Assembly (NCBI GenBank): GCA_041640655.1
Contig: JBEPZV010000003.1
Coordinates: 64,001-128,000, forward strand
Length of the DNA stretch: 64,000 bases
Direction: 5' to 3'
Origin: a bacterium
Lineage (GTDB): Bacteria > Acidobacteriota > Blastocatellia > HR10
In this document: in pieces, positions 1 through 8,362 of the stretch
Layout of the letters: every line of letters begins with the position of its first letter
Position numbering within the stretch: the first letter of the stretch is position 1
Made by a program: the position numbers and the translations under genes
Notes under the pieces: model-generated
Database searches by the model: none
What the model saw: only the letters and a program-made list of their open reading frames with translations
What the model was told of the DNA's origin: nothing

Positions 1-98
1 CGCCGTTAGAGAATCTGCTGCTCCCAGATGGGGGGTCAACTCCATCATCATCCCATACGCTCAGGAGCGGCGCCTGATCATTCTTCGCCAGTCCAGAG

Positions 99-114
99 GG
101 TTCCACGTGGAACA
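99..114. promoter_or_regulatory. parS centromere-like site
   Basis: GGTTCCACGTGGAACA; the 14-bp core GTTCCACGTGGAAC is a perfect palindrome matching the TGTTNCACGTGNAACA parS consensus; lies 70 bp upstream of parA. Confidence 0.85.
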
Positions 115-183
115 CTCCGCTTTGGAAAATTGATCTTTTCAATCCCTCCATTTTGTGCTATCTTGACGGCGACGCGCGAGGCC

Positions 184-969
184 ATGAGTCGCACAATCGC
201 CATTGCCAATCAGAAGGGAGGCGTGGGGAAGACCACTACAGCCGTCAATCTCTCAGCCGCGCTCGCCGCACTCGAGCGCCGCGTGCTGCTCGTGGATTTT
301 GATCCTCAAGCCAACGCCACTTCCGGACTCGGGATTCGACGCGGCGCCGTTCGGAAATCCGTCTACCATGCCCTTATCTTCGGCGAGCCGATCGGAAATC
401 TGATCCTGCCGACGGAGCTCCCGACGCTCTGGCTCGTCCCATCGGAGCGGAACCTCACCGGAGCCGAAGTCGAATTGGTGGATATTGAGCGGCGCGAGTA
501 CCGCCTCCGCGAAGCTCTGGATCCCATCCGCCAAGACTTCGACTTCATCTTCATCGACTGTCCCCCATCGCTCGGACTTCTCACGCTCAATGCCTTGACG
601 GCCGCTGACTCCGTCCTTGTGCCTATCCAGTGCGAATATTACGCCTTGGAAGGTGTCTCCGAACTCTGGGATACACTCGTCCGAATTCGACGACAGTTCA
701 ACCCCCGGCTTCAGATCGAAGGCTTCCTCCTCACCATGCACGACGAACGCACCAATCTCTCGCACCAGGTCATGGCCGATTTGCGCGATTTCCTGGGTTC
801 ACAGGTCTTCCAAACGGTCATCCCGCGAAACGTGCGCTTGGCCGAAGCTCCAAGTCATGGGAAGCCTATTATCCTCTATGATGATCGCTCTCGCGGAGCC
901 GAGAGCTACCGAAATCTCGCCCTGGAGGTCCTCAATCATGACGCGAAAGGCCCTCGGCAGAGGACTTGA
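184..969 (+). CDS. parA: Chromosome partitioning ATPase ParA/Soj
   Basis: MSRTIAIANQKGGVGKTTT deviant Walker A, DxDPQANAT, IDCPPSLG, IPRNVRLAEAPSHG; start placed at ATG 184. Confidence 0.97.
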   Translation: MSRTIAIANQKGGVGKTTTAVNLSAALAALERRVLLVDFDPQANATSGLGIRRGAVRKSVYHALIFGEPIGNLILPTELPTLWLVPSERNLTGAEVELVDIERREYRLREALDPIRQDFDFIFIDCPPSLGLLTLNALTAADSVLVPIQCEYYALEGVSELWDTLVRIRRQFNPRLQIEGFLLTMHDERTNLSHQVMADLRDFLGSQVFQTVIPRNVRLAEAPSHGKPIILYDDRSRGAESYRNLALEVLNHDAKGPRQRT

Positions 970-1798
970 AGCTCTTCTTGGAGAAGCCCAAGCCCTCGCA
1001 GAACAGGTCGTCGAGCTGGATATTGATCTCATTGATCCAAGTCCCTATCAACCTCGCACTCGATATGACGAACAGCGGCTGCGCGAGCTGGCTGATTCGA
1101 TCCGCACTCATGGCTTGGTACAACCGATCATCGTGCGTCGCCGTGGCCTTCGCTATGAGATCATCGCCGGGGAACGCCGATGGCGAGCGGCTCAACTGGC
1201 TGGAGCGCTGAAGATCCCGGCCGTCATCCGCGATGTCCCTGATGAACAGGTACTGGAACTCTCGCTCATTGAGAACATCCAGCGCGAAGACCTCAATCCC
1301 ATCGAGGAAGCCCAAGCCTATCAGCGGCTCATCGAACGGTTGGGACTGACCCAGGAGGAGGTCGCCCGCCGCGTCGGCCGCGATCGAACTTCGATCGCCA
1401 ATTCCCTGAGGCTCCTTCGTCTCCCTTACGAAGTCCAGACGCTCATCGAGGAAGGGAAGCTCTCCTTCGGACATGCGAAGGCCCTGCTGAGCTTGAGCTC
1501 GGCCGATGCTCAGAAACAACTGGCCCAGGAGGTCGTCACTCGAGGGCTCTCTGTTCGCGAGACTGAAGCTGCAGTGCGAAAGTGGAACGCCGAAGCTTCT
1601 CCTCAAGTCCGAAGAGGATCGGTACCGACAGACCCTCATCTTCGCGCAGCCGCCGAGCGGCTCGGCCGATACTTGGGAACAAAGGTGCGCATCCTCCACA
1701 GCGCTTCCGGTGGAAAGATCGAGATCGAATATTACTCGATGACCGATCTGGACCGCATCTATAACCTTATCCTGGGGAAAGGAGATGCCACGCCATGA
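938..1798 (+). CDS. parB: Chromosome partitioning protein ParB/Spo0J
   Basis: ALGRGL N-terminal peptide, YQPR, IAGERRWRAA Arg patch, ENIQREDLNPIEEA, HTH; overlaps the parA end. Confidence 0.97.
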   Translation: MTRKALGRGLEALLGEAQALAEQVVELDIDLIDPSPYQPRTRYDEQRLRELADSIRTHGLVQPIIVRRRGLRYEIIAGERRWRAAQLAGALKIPAVIRDVPDEQVLELSLIENIQREDLNPIEEAQAYQRLIERLGLTQEEVARRVGRDRTSIANSLRLLRLPYEVQTLIEEGKLSFGHAKALLSLSSADAQKQLAQEVVTRGLSVRETEAAVRKWNAEASPQVRRGSVPTDPHLRAAAERLGRYLGTKVRILHSASGGKIEIEYYSMTDLDRIYNLILGKGDATP

Positions 1799-2193
1799 GA
1801 CTTCGAAAAGATTCCCCTACAGAAGTCCGCGGATTCCTCGATGATGGGACGGAGATCATCGGAGACCTCAAGTTCTCAGACGTCCTTCACCTTCATGGAC
1901 ACATCAAAGGGAGGGTGATCTCCGAAGGAGAGCTCGTCGTCGGAGAAAAGGGGATCATCGAAGGGGACGTCGAGGTGGGCATTTTGACCCTTGGAGGAAC
2001 GCTCATCGGAAATATCATCGCGAAGAAAAAGGTGCACTTTCTGAATACGGCTCGCATCCGGGGGGATGTCGCAACGCCCATCCTTCGCGTAGATGAAGGA
2101 GCCATGTGGGAAGGAAGCATCACGACCACGCTCCAAGAGAAATCGCCAGAACATTTCGTTCATGCCGCCGGAGAAGTCGAAGCCACTCACTGA
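1795..2193 (+). CDS. Bactofilin (polymer-forming cytoskeletal protein, CcmA family)
   Basis: Beta-helix pattern (IIGDLKFSDVLHLHGHIKGRV, VVGEKGIIEGDV, ARIRGDV, VDEGAMWEGSI); ATGA overlap with the parB stop. Confidence 0.9.
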   Translation: MRLRKDSPTEVRGFLDDGTEIIGDLKFSDVLHLHGHIKGRVISEGELVVGEKGIIEGDVEVGILTLGGTLIGNIIAKKKVHFLNTARIRGDVATPILRVDEGAMWEGSITTTLQEKSPEHFVHAAGEVEATH

Positions 2194-2245
2194 GGGCTTG
2201 ACGCCTTGGGGTCTCAACCCTCACAATCGCTAAGGAGCATGGACT

Positions 2246-2440
2246 ATGGAAGAGCGACAAGATTTGAACGAGACAACGCACGCTCAGGAGCAAGAGGAAG
2301 AAATCACTTATCACGCCGTCGAGAAAGACGGCGAAATCGCCGCCATCTGGGTCATGAAAGGGAGAAAGCATCTGCGCACGATTGACCCACGAAGCGAAGA
2401 AGGACGTCGAATCCTTCAAGCTTATCGGCCGAGCCCATAG
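2246..2440 (+). CDS. Small hypothetical protein (64 aa)
   Basis: ORF preceded by AAGGAG; plausible composition; no recognised family. Confidence 0.55.
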   Translation: MEERQDLNETTHAQEQEEEITYHAVEKDGEIAAIWVMKGRKHLRTIDPRSEEGRRILQAYRPSP

Positions 2441-2537
2441 TATTCCGCATCTCGCCGTGACCGTGGCGCATGCTCCTTCACTGAAGAGCTTGCGCTTGTG
2501 ACCTTCCCCGTATAGCCGAAAAAATTTTCGAATGAGC

Positions 2538-2683
2538 TGTGGATTTTTCTTGCCAAACGGGCGATTTTGTGCTAATCTTTGGCCGGTTTTCAACAGGATA
2601 AGTTATTGAAAATAAAGGCACTTATATGTCTAAAGCCGTTTTTGAGGTCGAGATTTTTGTGGTTGTGGAAATCTTGTGGAAAA
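2538..2683 (+). promoter_or_regulatory. dnaA promoter region with upstream DnaA-box cluster
   Basis: TTGCCA(2550)-N17-TAATCT(2573) with TG extension; DnaA-box-like TGTGGATTT (2538), TTTTCAACA (2587), TGTGGAAAT (2664), TGTGGAAAA (2675); AT-rich. Confidence 0.7.
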
Positions 2684-2792
2684 CTTCGATTACTTACGCC
2701 GATGCAATAAGGTCGGGGCGATTCGCCAGACCCTGGGATTTCCATCTTGCGGAGCAAAGCTGGAGCAGAGATCTCGATAAGGAGTGGGGCGT

Positions 2793-4181
2793 ATGTCACA
2801 TCAAATCTGGGACGCGCTGCTTTCAGCCATAGAGAAGCGGGTCAATCATCACAGCTTCACTACCTGGTTCCTGCCCTTGATCTTCCGGGAGGCGAGGAAC
2901 AACACGATCACCGTCGAAGCTCCTAATGAGATGTTCCGTGATTGGATCACAGAGAACTACACGGATGTGATCGAGGAGGCGCTCGCGGAGCTTCAGCTGA
3001 CAAGCCATACGATCAGGTTCATTGTCAAAGGAGAAGAAGAGCCCTCGGAAGGTACGCCTAAGAGCGAGCCGTCTGAGAATCACGCGAAGCTCTCGCTCTT
3101 TGAGGAGGAAGAAGAGCTGATCATTCCTCCGGCGATGCGATTCGTGGATCTGGAGCCCGTTGAGCTTCCCTTAAATCCGAGATATACCTTCGACACGTTC
3201 GTCGTCGGTTCCTCCAATCAATTCGCGCATGCCGCCGCCTTGGCCGTAGCCGAATCTCCGTCAAAGGCTTATAATCCCTTGTACATTTATGGTGGCGTGG
3301 GACTGGGCAAAACGCATCTCATGCACGCCATTGGCCATGCGATCCGGGCGAAGAACAAACATCTCCGCCTCACCTATGTCTCCTCGGAGCGTTTCATGAA
3401 CGAGCTGATCAATGCCATTCGCTACGATAAGACCCTCGCCTTTCGCGAGAAGTACCGAAATATAGATGTCCTCCTCATTGATGACATTCAGTTCCTCGCC
3501 GGGAAGGAGCGCACGCAGGAGGAATTCTTCCACACGTTCAATGCGCTCTACGATGCCCAGAAGCAGATCGTCATCACGAGCGATTGTCCCCCGCGTGAAA
3601 TCCCCACGTTGGAAGAACGACTCCACTCTCGATTCGAGTGGGGATTGATCGCCGACATTCAGCCCCCCGATTTGGAGACGAAGGTGGCCATTCTCAAACG
3701 AAAGGCCGAACAGGAGAAGATCAGTCTCCCGGATAACGTGGCGCTCTTCATCGCCAGCAAAATCAAATCGAATATTCGCGAGCTGGAAGGCGCTTTGATC
3801 CGCTTGATCGCTTATTCCTCACTGACAGGGCGTCCCATCAGCCTCTCGCTGGCTCAGGAGGCGCTTCGTGGACTCATTGATGAGGAGGAAGAGAAAGCGA
3901 TCACAATCGAGCTGATCCAAAAGACGGTGGCCGATTATTTCGGCCTGCGCGTCTCCGACCTGAAATCGCGGAACAATTCCCGCTCCGTGGCTGAGCCCAG
4001 GCAGATCGCCATGTACCTGTGCAAGCGCCTGACGAAAGCAAGCCTGCCGGAGATCGGTCGAGAATTCGGAGGGAAGCATCATACGACCGTGCTGCATAGC
4101 ATCAATAAGATCAGCGAGCTGTACGAGCAGCGAGAAGATTTCCACAGGATTATCAACAGCCTAATTGATAGACTCAGCTAG
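2793..4181 (+). CDS. dnaA: Chromosomal replication initiator DnaA
   Basis: [78 protein letters not shown]. Confidence 0.99.
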   Translation: MSHQIWDALLSAIEKRVNHHSFTTWFLPLIFREARNNTITVEAPNEMFRDWITENYTDVIEEALAELQLTSHTIRFIVKGEEEPSEGTPKSEPSENHAKLSLFEEEEELIIPPAMRFVDLEPVELPLNPRYTFDTFVVGSSNQFAHAAALAVAESPSKAYNPLYIYGGVGLGKTHLMHAIGHAIRAKNKHLRLTYVSSERFMNELINAIRYDKTLAFREKYRNIDVLLIDDIQFLAGKERTQEEFFHTFNALYDAQKQIVITSDCPPREIPTLEERLHSRFEWGLIADIQPPDLETKVAILKRKAEQEKISLPDNVALFIASKIKSNIRELEGALIRLIAYSSLTGRPISLSLAQEALRGLIDEEEEKAITIELIQKTVADYFGLRVSDLKSRNNSRSVAEPRQIAMYLCKRLTKASLPEIGREFGGKHHTTVLHSINKISELYEQREDFHRIINSLIDRLS

Positions 4182-4429
4182 ACTTAGTATGGTTTTCCAC
4201 AGACCCCACCTGTGGATGGCTTGTGGAAAAATGTGGAAAGTCTCCAGAAGGCGATTTCTTCCACAGGCTTTCACAGATCTTCCACAGGATTTTCCACAAG
4301 CCGCGATTAGCGTAAGATATTTTGAATCAAGTACTTATCGAAAATCATCCACATTTCCACAGGCCCTACTACGACTACTGGCTTTTATCTATAGCTTTTT
4401 AAAAACTCTAGGGAATAGGGAGAAGTCCT
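4138..4429. other. Replication origin oriC (dnaA-dnaN intergenic region)
   Basis: At least 10 DnaA-box-like 9-mers (e.g. TTATCAACA 4150, TTTTCCACA 4193 and 4290, TGTGGAAAA 4222, TCATCCACA 4345, ATTTCCACA 4353), then GGCCC, trio-like TACTACGACTACT and an AT-rich tract. Confidence 0.92.
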
Positions 4430-5536
4430 ATGCGTGCGACCATAGAGAAGCAGCAGCTTCACCGTGAGCTTCAGTTGGTTCAGACGGTTGTCGAACGTCG
4501 GGCGGTGATTCCGGCGCTCACCACCGTTCGGATGGAGGTCACCGATCACAGGGTCATCTTCACGGGGACGGATTTGGATACGAGCTTGCGGGTGTGGTGT
4601 GAGGCGCGGGAGACCGAGCCTGGGGTGGTGTGTCTTCCGGCTCGGAAGCTTGGCGAGATTGTTCGTCTCTTGCCGGATGAGCCTGTGGTGCTCGAAGGTG
4701 ATGAGGCGCGGGTGGTGGTGCGGTGTGGGCGGGCGCGGTTTCGACTGGCCGCTCATCCGGTGGAGAATTTCCCCGAAGTGCCGACGTTTCCGGACCGTGA
4801 AGCGGGGTCGTGGGGGGCGGAGGCTCTCGGTCGGGCGATCGAGCGTGTGATCTTCGCCACATCGCTTGAGGAGTCCCGGTATACCCTCTCGGGCGTTCAG
4901 ATGGAGTGGTGGGATGGGGGATTTCGGCTTGTGGCGACCGATGGTCATCGGTTGGCGCTTGTGGACGGTTCACCTCAGGCCGTGCCGGAGGAGAGAAGTG
5001 CCTGTTTGATTCATCGCAAGACGATGCAGGAGCTTCTTCGGCTCATTGAGCATGCCGAGGGTGACGCAGAGGTTCACTTTGCTCAGGATGCCCATCACGT
5101 GTATTTTCGGGTTGGTGGGCGGGAGTTGATCTCGCGGCTGCTCACGGGTCAATTTCCGAACTATGAGCTGGTGATTCCGAGGGAGCACGTGATGCGCGCG
5201 TGTGTGGATGCGGCTCTCTTTCGGGATGCGTGTCGCCGCGTCATGACCTTGGCGGATGAGCGGAGCCGTGGGGTCACGCTGAGTTTTTCCGGGGGTGGGC
5301 TCACGCTCACGGCTCGGACGGCGCAAGGGGAAGAGGAGGCGGTTGAGGAGATGCCCAGCGAGACCGATGGGGAGCCGCTTGTCGTCGCGTTCAATGGGGA
5401 GTATCTGTTAGATTTCTTCGATGTCGTGCGCGAGGGCATGGTGGAGGTGGGATTGAAGGATGCGCAGAGTCCGGCCCTTTGGCGACCGGTGGGGGAGTCG
5501 TATGTCTATGTCGTGATGCCGATGCGGCTCATGTGA
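4430..5536 (+). CDS. dnaN: DNA polymerase III beta sliding clamp
   Basis: GTDLD, VATDGHRLA, GQFPNYELVIP, AFNGEYLLD, terminal YVVMPMRL; follows dnaA. Confidence 0.97.
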   Translation: MRATIEKQQLHRELQLVQTVVERRAVIPALTTVRMEVTDHRVIFTGTDLDTSLRVWCEARETEPGVVCLPARKLGEIVRLLPDEPVVLEGDEARVVVRCGRARFRLAAHPVENFPEVPTFPDREAGSWGAEALGRAIERVIFATSLEESRYTLSGVQMEWWDGGFRLVATDGHRLALVDGSPQAVPEERSACLIHRKTMQELLRLIEHAEGDAEVHFAQDAHHVYFRVGGRELISRLLTGQFPNYELVIPREHVMRACVDAALFRDACRRVMTLADERSRGVTLSFSGGGLTLTARTAQGEEEAVEEMPSETDGEPLVVAFNGEYLLDFFDVVREGMVEVGLKDAQSPALWRPVGESYVYVVMPMRLM

Positions 5537-5650
5537 ATGCGCCGCTCGGGCACGGATGTGAGGTCTGGGCGCACGTGGCGGGGGGCTTTTTGAAGATCCC
5601 TGGCACGAGTGTGATACAATTGCTGAGCGCGACTTCTGGGGGCGAGGAGG

Positions 5651-6442
5651 ATGGAAATGGCGGAGACGGTGATCCAGGTGGACAATTTGACGAAGCGGTA
5701 TGACGGGGTCTTGGCGGTTGATCGGATCTCGTTCACCATCGCTCAGGGAGAGATCGTCGGGTATCTCGGCCCGAATGGAGCGGGGAAGAGCACGACGGTG
5801 AAGATGCTCACAGGAGTGCTGCGTCCGACCGAGGGATCTATTCTCATTGATGGCATAGACCTTTTGAAGGCTCCGATCGAGGTGAAACAGCGCATCGGGT
5901 ATGTCCCGGAGACAGGGGGGGTATACGAGAGCCTGACGGCTTATGAATATCTGCAGCTCGTCGGACGCCTCTATCACCTTCCGGAAGAGCTTCTGGAGCA
6001 CCGCATCGAGGAATTTCTGAAGATGTTCGGACTCGATGGGGTCATGCATGAGCGGCTCTCCAGCTACTCAAAGGGGATGAAGCAGAAGGTGCTCATTTCG
6101 GCTGCACTTCTTCATAATCCGAAGGTGCTCTTTCTCGATGAACCGCTCACAGGGCTTGATGCGCACAGTGCTCTGTTATTAAAAGAGCTCATTCGGCGTC
6201 TCGCGGCCGAGGGGAAGACGATCTTCTACTGCTCGCACATCCTGGACGTGGTGGAGCGGACGTGCACGCGGGTGATCATTCTTCACCAGGGGCGGATCGT
6301 CGCCGATGGTTCTGTCGAACAGTTGAAAGAGCTGACGCGTCAGGGGACGCTCGAGGATATCTTCAAGCAGCTGACCTACAGCGCCAATATTGAGGAGCTG
6401 GCGCAGGCTTTCGCCCGAAGCATTGTGGAGATGAGCGCATGA
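5651..6442 (+). CDS. ABC transporter ATP-binding protein (exporter type)
   Basis: GPNGAGKST, YSKGMKQK signature, LFLDEP, H-loop SH. Confidence 0.95.
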   Translation: MEMAETVIQVDNLTKRYDGVLAVDRISFTIAQGEIVGYLGPNGAGKSTTVKMLTGVLRPTEGSILIDGIDLLKAPIEVKQRIGYVPETGGVYESLTAYEYLQLVGRLYHLPEELLEHRIEEFLKMFGLDGVMHERLSSYSKGMKQKVLISAALLHNPKVLFLDEPLTGLDAHSALLLKELIRRLAAEGKTIFYCSHILDVVERTCTRVIILHQGRIVADGSVEQLKELTRQGTLEDIFKQLTYSANIEELAQAFARSIVEMSA

Positions 6443-8115
6443 GCCGTTGGCTTCTGACCCTCGCCGAGCGCGCGGCTCGTCGCATGGGGATTGACCCGCA
6501 TCAGTATTGGCATCTGCTGCGCATCTCGCTCGTTTTGGACTTTCGACGCCAGAGCGCCGTGTCCTCCGGTCAGTCCACGCAATCGGCCTTACTGATGACG
6601 TGTCTCGTCTTTGGGTTCTTCAGCCTCATGCTCGCCCTCTTCACCTTTCGGACGCTGAACACCTTCCTCTACTCGTTCATGTTCCTCGCCTACTCGATGG
6701 TCATGGTCGCCTTCATCGTCCTCTCCGAGTTCGGCGCGACGATCATCAGCCCCGACGACTATGAGATCCTGGGGCATCGTCCGATCGCTTCTCGGACCTA
6801 TTTCGCCGTGAAGTTGAGCAATCTACTCTTCTACGTTCTTGTGATCGGCTCAGCGCTCAACGTCTTTCCGGGACTGCTCGGAGCATTTTCGGAATCCGCT
6901 GATCGTCTGTTCCCGTTCATCTACTTTCCGGTGGCGCTGGTGGCCTGCCTCTTCTCGGCGATGGTGGTCGTGCTCTTGTATGGCGCTCTGCTGCGCGTGG
7001 TCAACTATGAGCGGTTCAAGGACGCCCTCGTTTATATTCAGGTCGTCTTCTCGTTCTTCGCCTTCTTCGGCTACCAGGTGTTATTGCGCGCGATGCCCTA
7101 TTTGGAGCAGGGGCAGCCGAGTGGGGGGCATCGCGTGCTTCTCATCGCTCCACCCGGATGGTTCGCTGGACTGGTGCAGCTCGGGCTCGGGCAGTGGGAG
7201 CGCGATTACGTGCTCTGGGCGGGGTGGGGGGGGCTCATGACGGGGGTGCTGGTCGGCGCAGGGTTGCGCAGTTTCTCTCTGGAGTACTCCTTTCATCTGG
7301 CGCGGTTGCGGACGGCGACGGCCGAGCGGCGGCGCTCGCGCTCTCCCTCTCGCGCGCGGATCGCGCGGGCGCTCGAGCGGGTCTTGGCCAGGAGTTCTGA
7401 AGAGCGCGCTGCTTTTTTCTTCGTCCGGCAGATGTTGCGGAGAAATCGCACGCTGAAGCTGCGCTTGTATCCGGCCCTGGGGTTCCCCATTGCTTTTCTC
7501 GCCCTCGGCATCATGGAGAAGAGCATGGGGGATCCCTTCCTCCCGAGCAAGCGATTTCCCTCGATGGCGCTCTTCATGGTGCTGGTGGGTCCGCTCTTGA
7601 TCTTGAACTTCCAGGCGCTGCTCCCGTACTCGGAAGAGCATGCGGCCGGATGGCTCTTTCGCGTGGCCCCTGTGCGAGACCTCACGCGATTGTTCGCTGG
7701 CGTGAGGAGAGCATTTCTGATCTCCATCCTTCTGCCGCTTTTTCTTCTCATAGGGCTGCTCCTGTCCTGGTTCTGGACGCCGGCCCATGCCTTCTGGCAT
7801 GCGGCCATTGGCCTCATCCTCAGCTATCTCTTCCTCGGCGTTGCGCTCCTGTTCTATCGCGGCGGATTCCCGTTCTCGCAGGAGCCGGCGAAGATGACGC
7901 AGACGCAGCAGATGACGCTGGCCTTCCTCTCCATGCCTCTCTTCGGCGGATTGTTCTTCCTCATGTACGTTCTGTATCGGTATCCGAGATGGCTCGCTTC
8001 GGCGGCGATCGTTTTGCTTCTCCTCGGATGGGGGCTGAATCGCGCCGCCGATCGGAAGGCCGCTCACGCGACGAGGCGACAGCTGAAGGAGACGCTCTTT
8101 ACGGAGATCGAGTGA
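6439..8115 (+). CDS. Putative ABC exporter permease (multi-TM, 558 aa)
   Basis: Roughly a dozen hydrophobic segments; ATGA overlap with the ATPase gene. Confidence 0.8.
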   Translation: MSRWLLTLAERAARRMGIDPHQYWHLLRISLVLDFRRQSAVSSGQSTQSALLMTCLVFGFFSLMLALFTFRTLNTFLYSFMFLAYSMVMVAFIVLSEFGATIISPDDYEILGHRPIASRTYFAVKLSNLLFYVLVIGSALNVFPGLLGAFSESADRLFPFIYFPVALVACLFSAMVVVLLYGALLRVVNYERFKDALVYIQVVFSFFAFFGYQVLLRAMPYLEQGQPSGGHRVLLIAPPGWFAGLVQLGLGQWERDYVLWAGWGGLMTGVLVGAGLRSFSLEYSFHLARLRTATAERRRSRSPSRARIARALERVLARSSEERAAFFFVRQMLRRNRTLKLRLYPALGFPIAFLALGIMEKSMGDPFLPSKRFPSMALFMVLVGPLLILNFQALLPYSEEHAAGWLFRVAPVRDLTRLFAGVRRAFLISILLPLFLLIGLLLSWFWTPAHAFWHAAIGLILSYLFLGVALLFYRGGFPFSQEPAKMTQTQQMTLAFLSMPLFGGLFFLMYVLYRYPRWLASAAIVLLLLGWGLNRAADRKAAHATRRQLKETLFTEIE

Positions 8116-8362
8116 TCGAGTGGTGGGTTGGCCCGGTCGCGCGGAGCATCTTGCGGGGGCTTCTGAAAATACGCTCATTGGGTTTGCGGATGGGCTGATG
8201 CGTTCCCGCTCTGAATCCGAGCTCACGGGAGCGAGGCAGTGAGGGCAAGGCTGTCTGGCGCTTGCTTTTCGCGGCCGGGAAAACATACAATCCTCAAGCT
8301 TGAAGTGACGCAACGCGCGCGGAAGACCCAGCGTGCGATCTTCGAGATCGAGGAGGTGAGCC

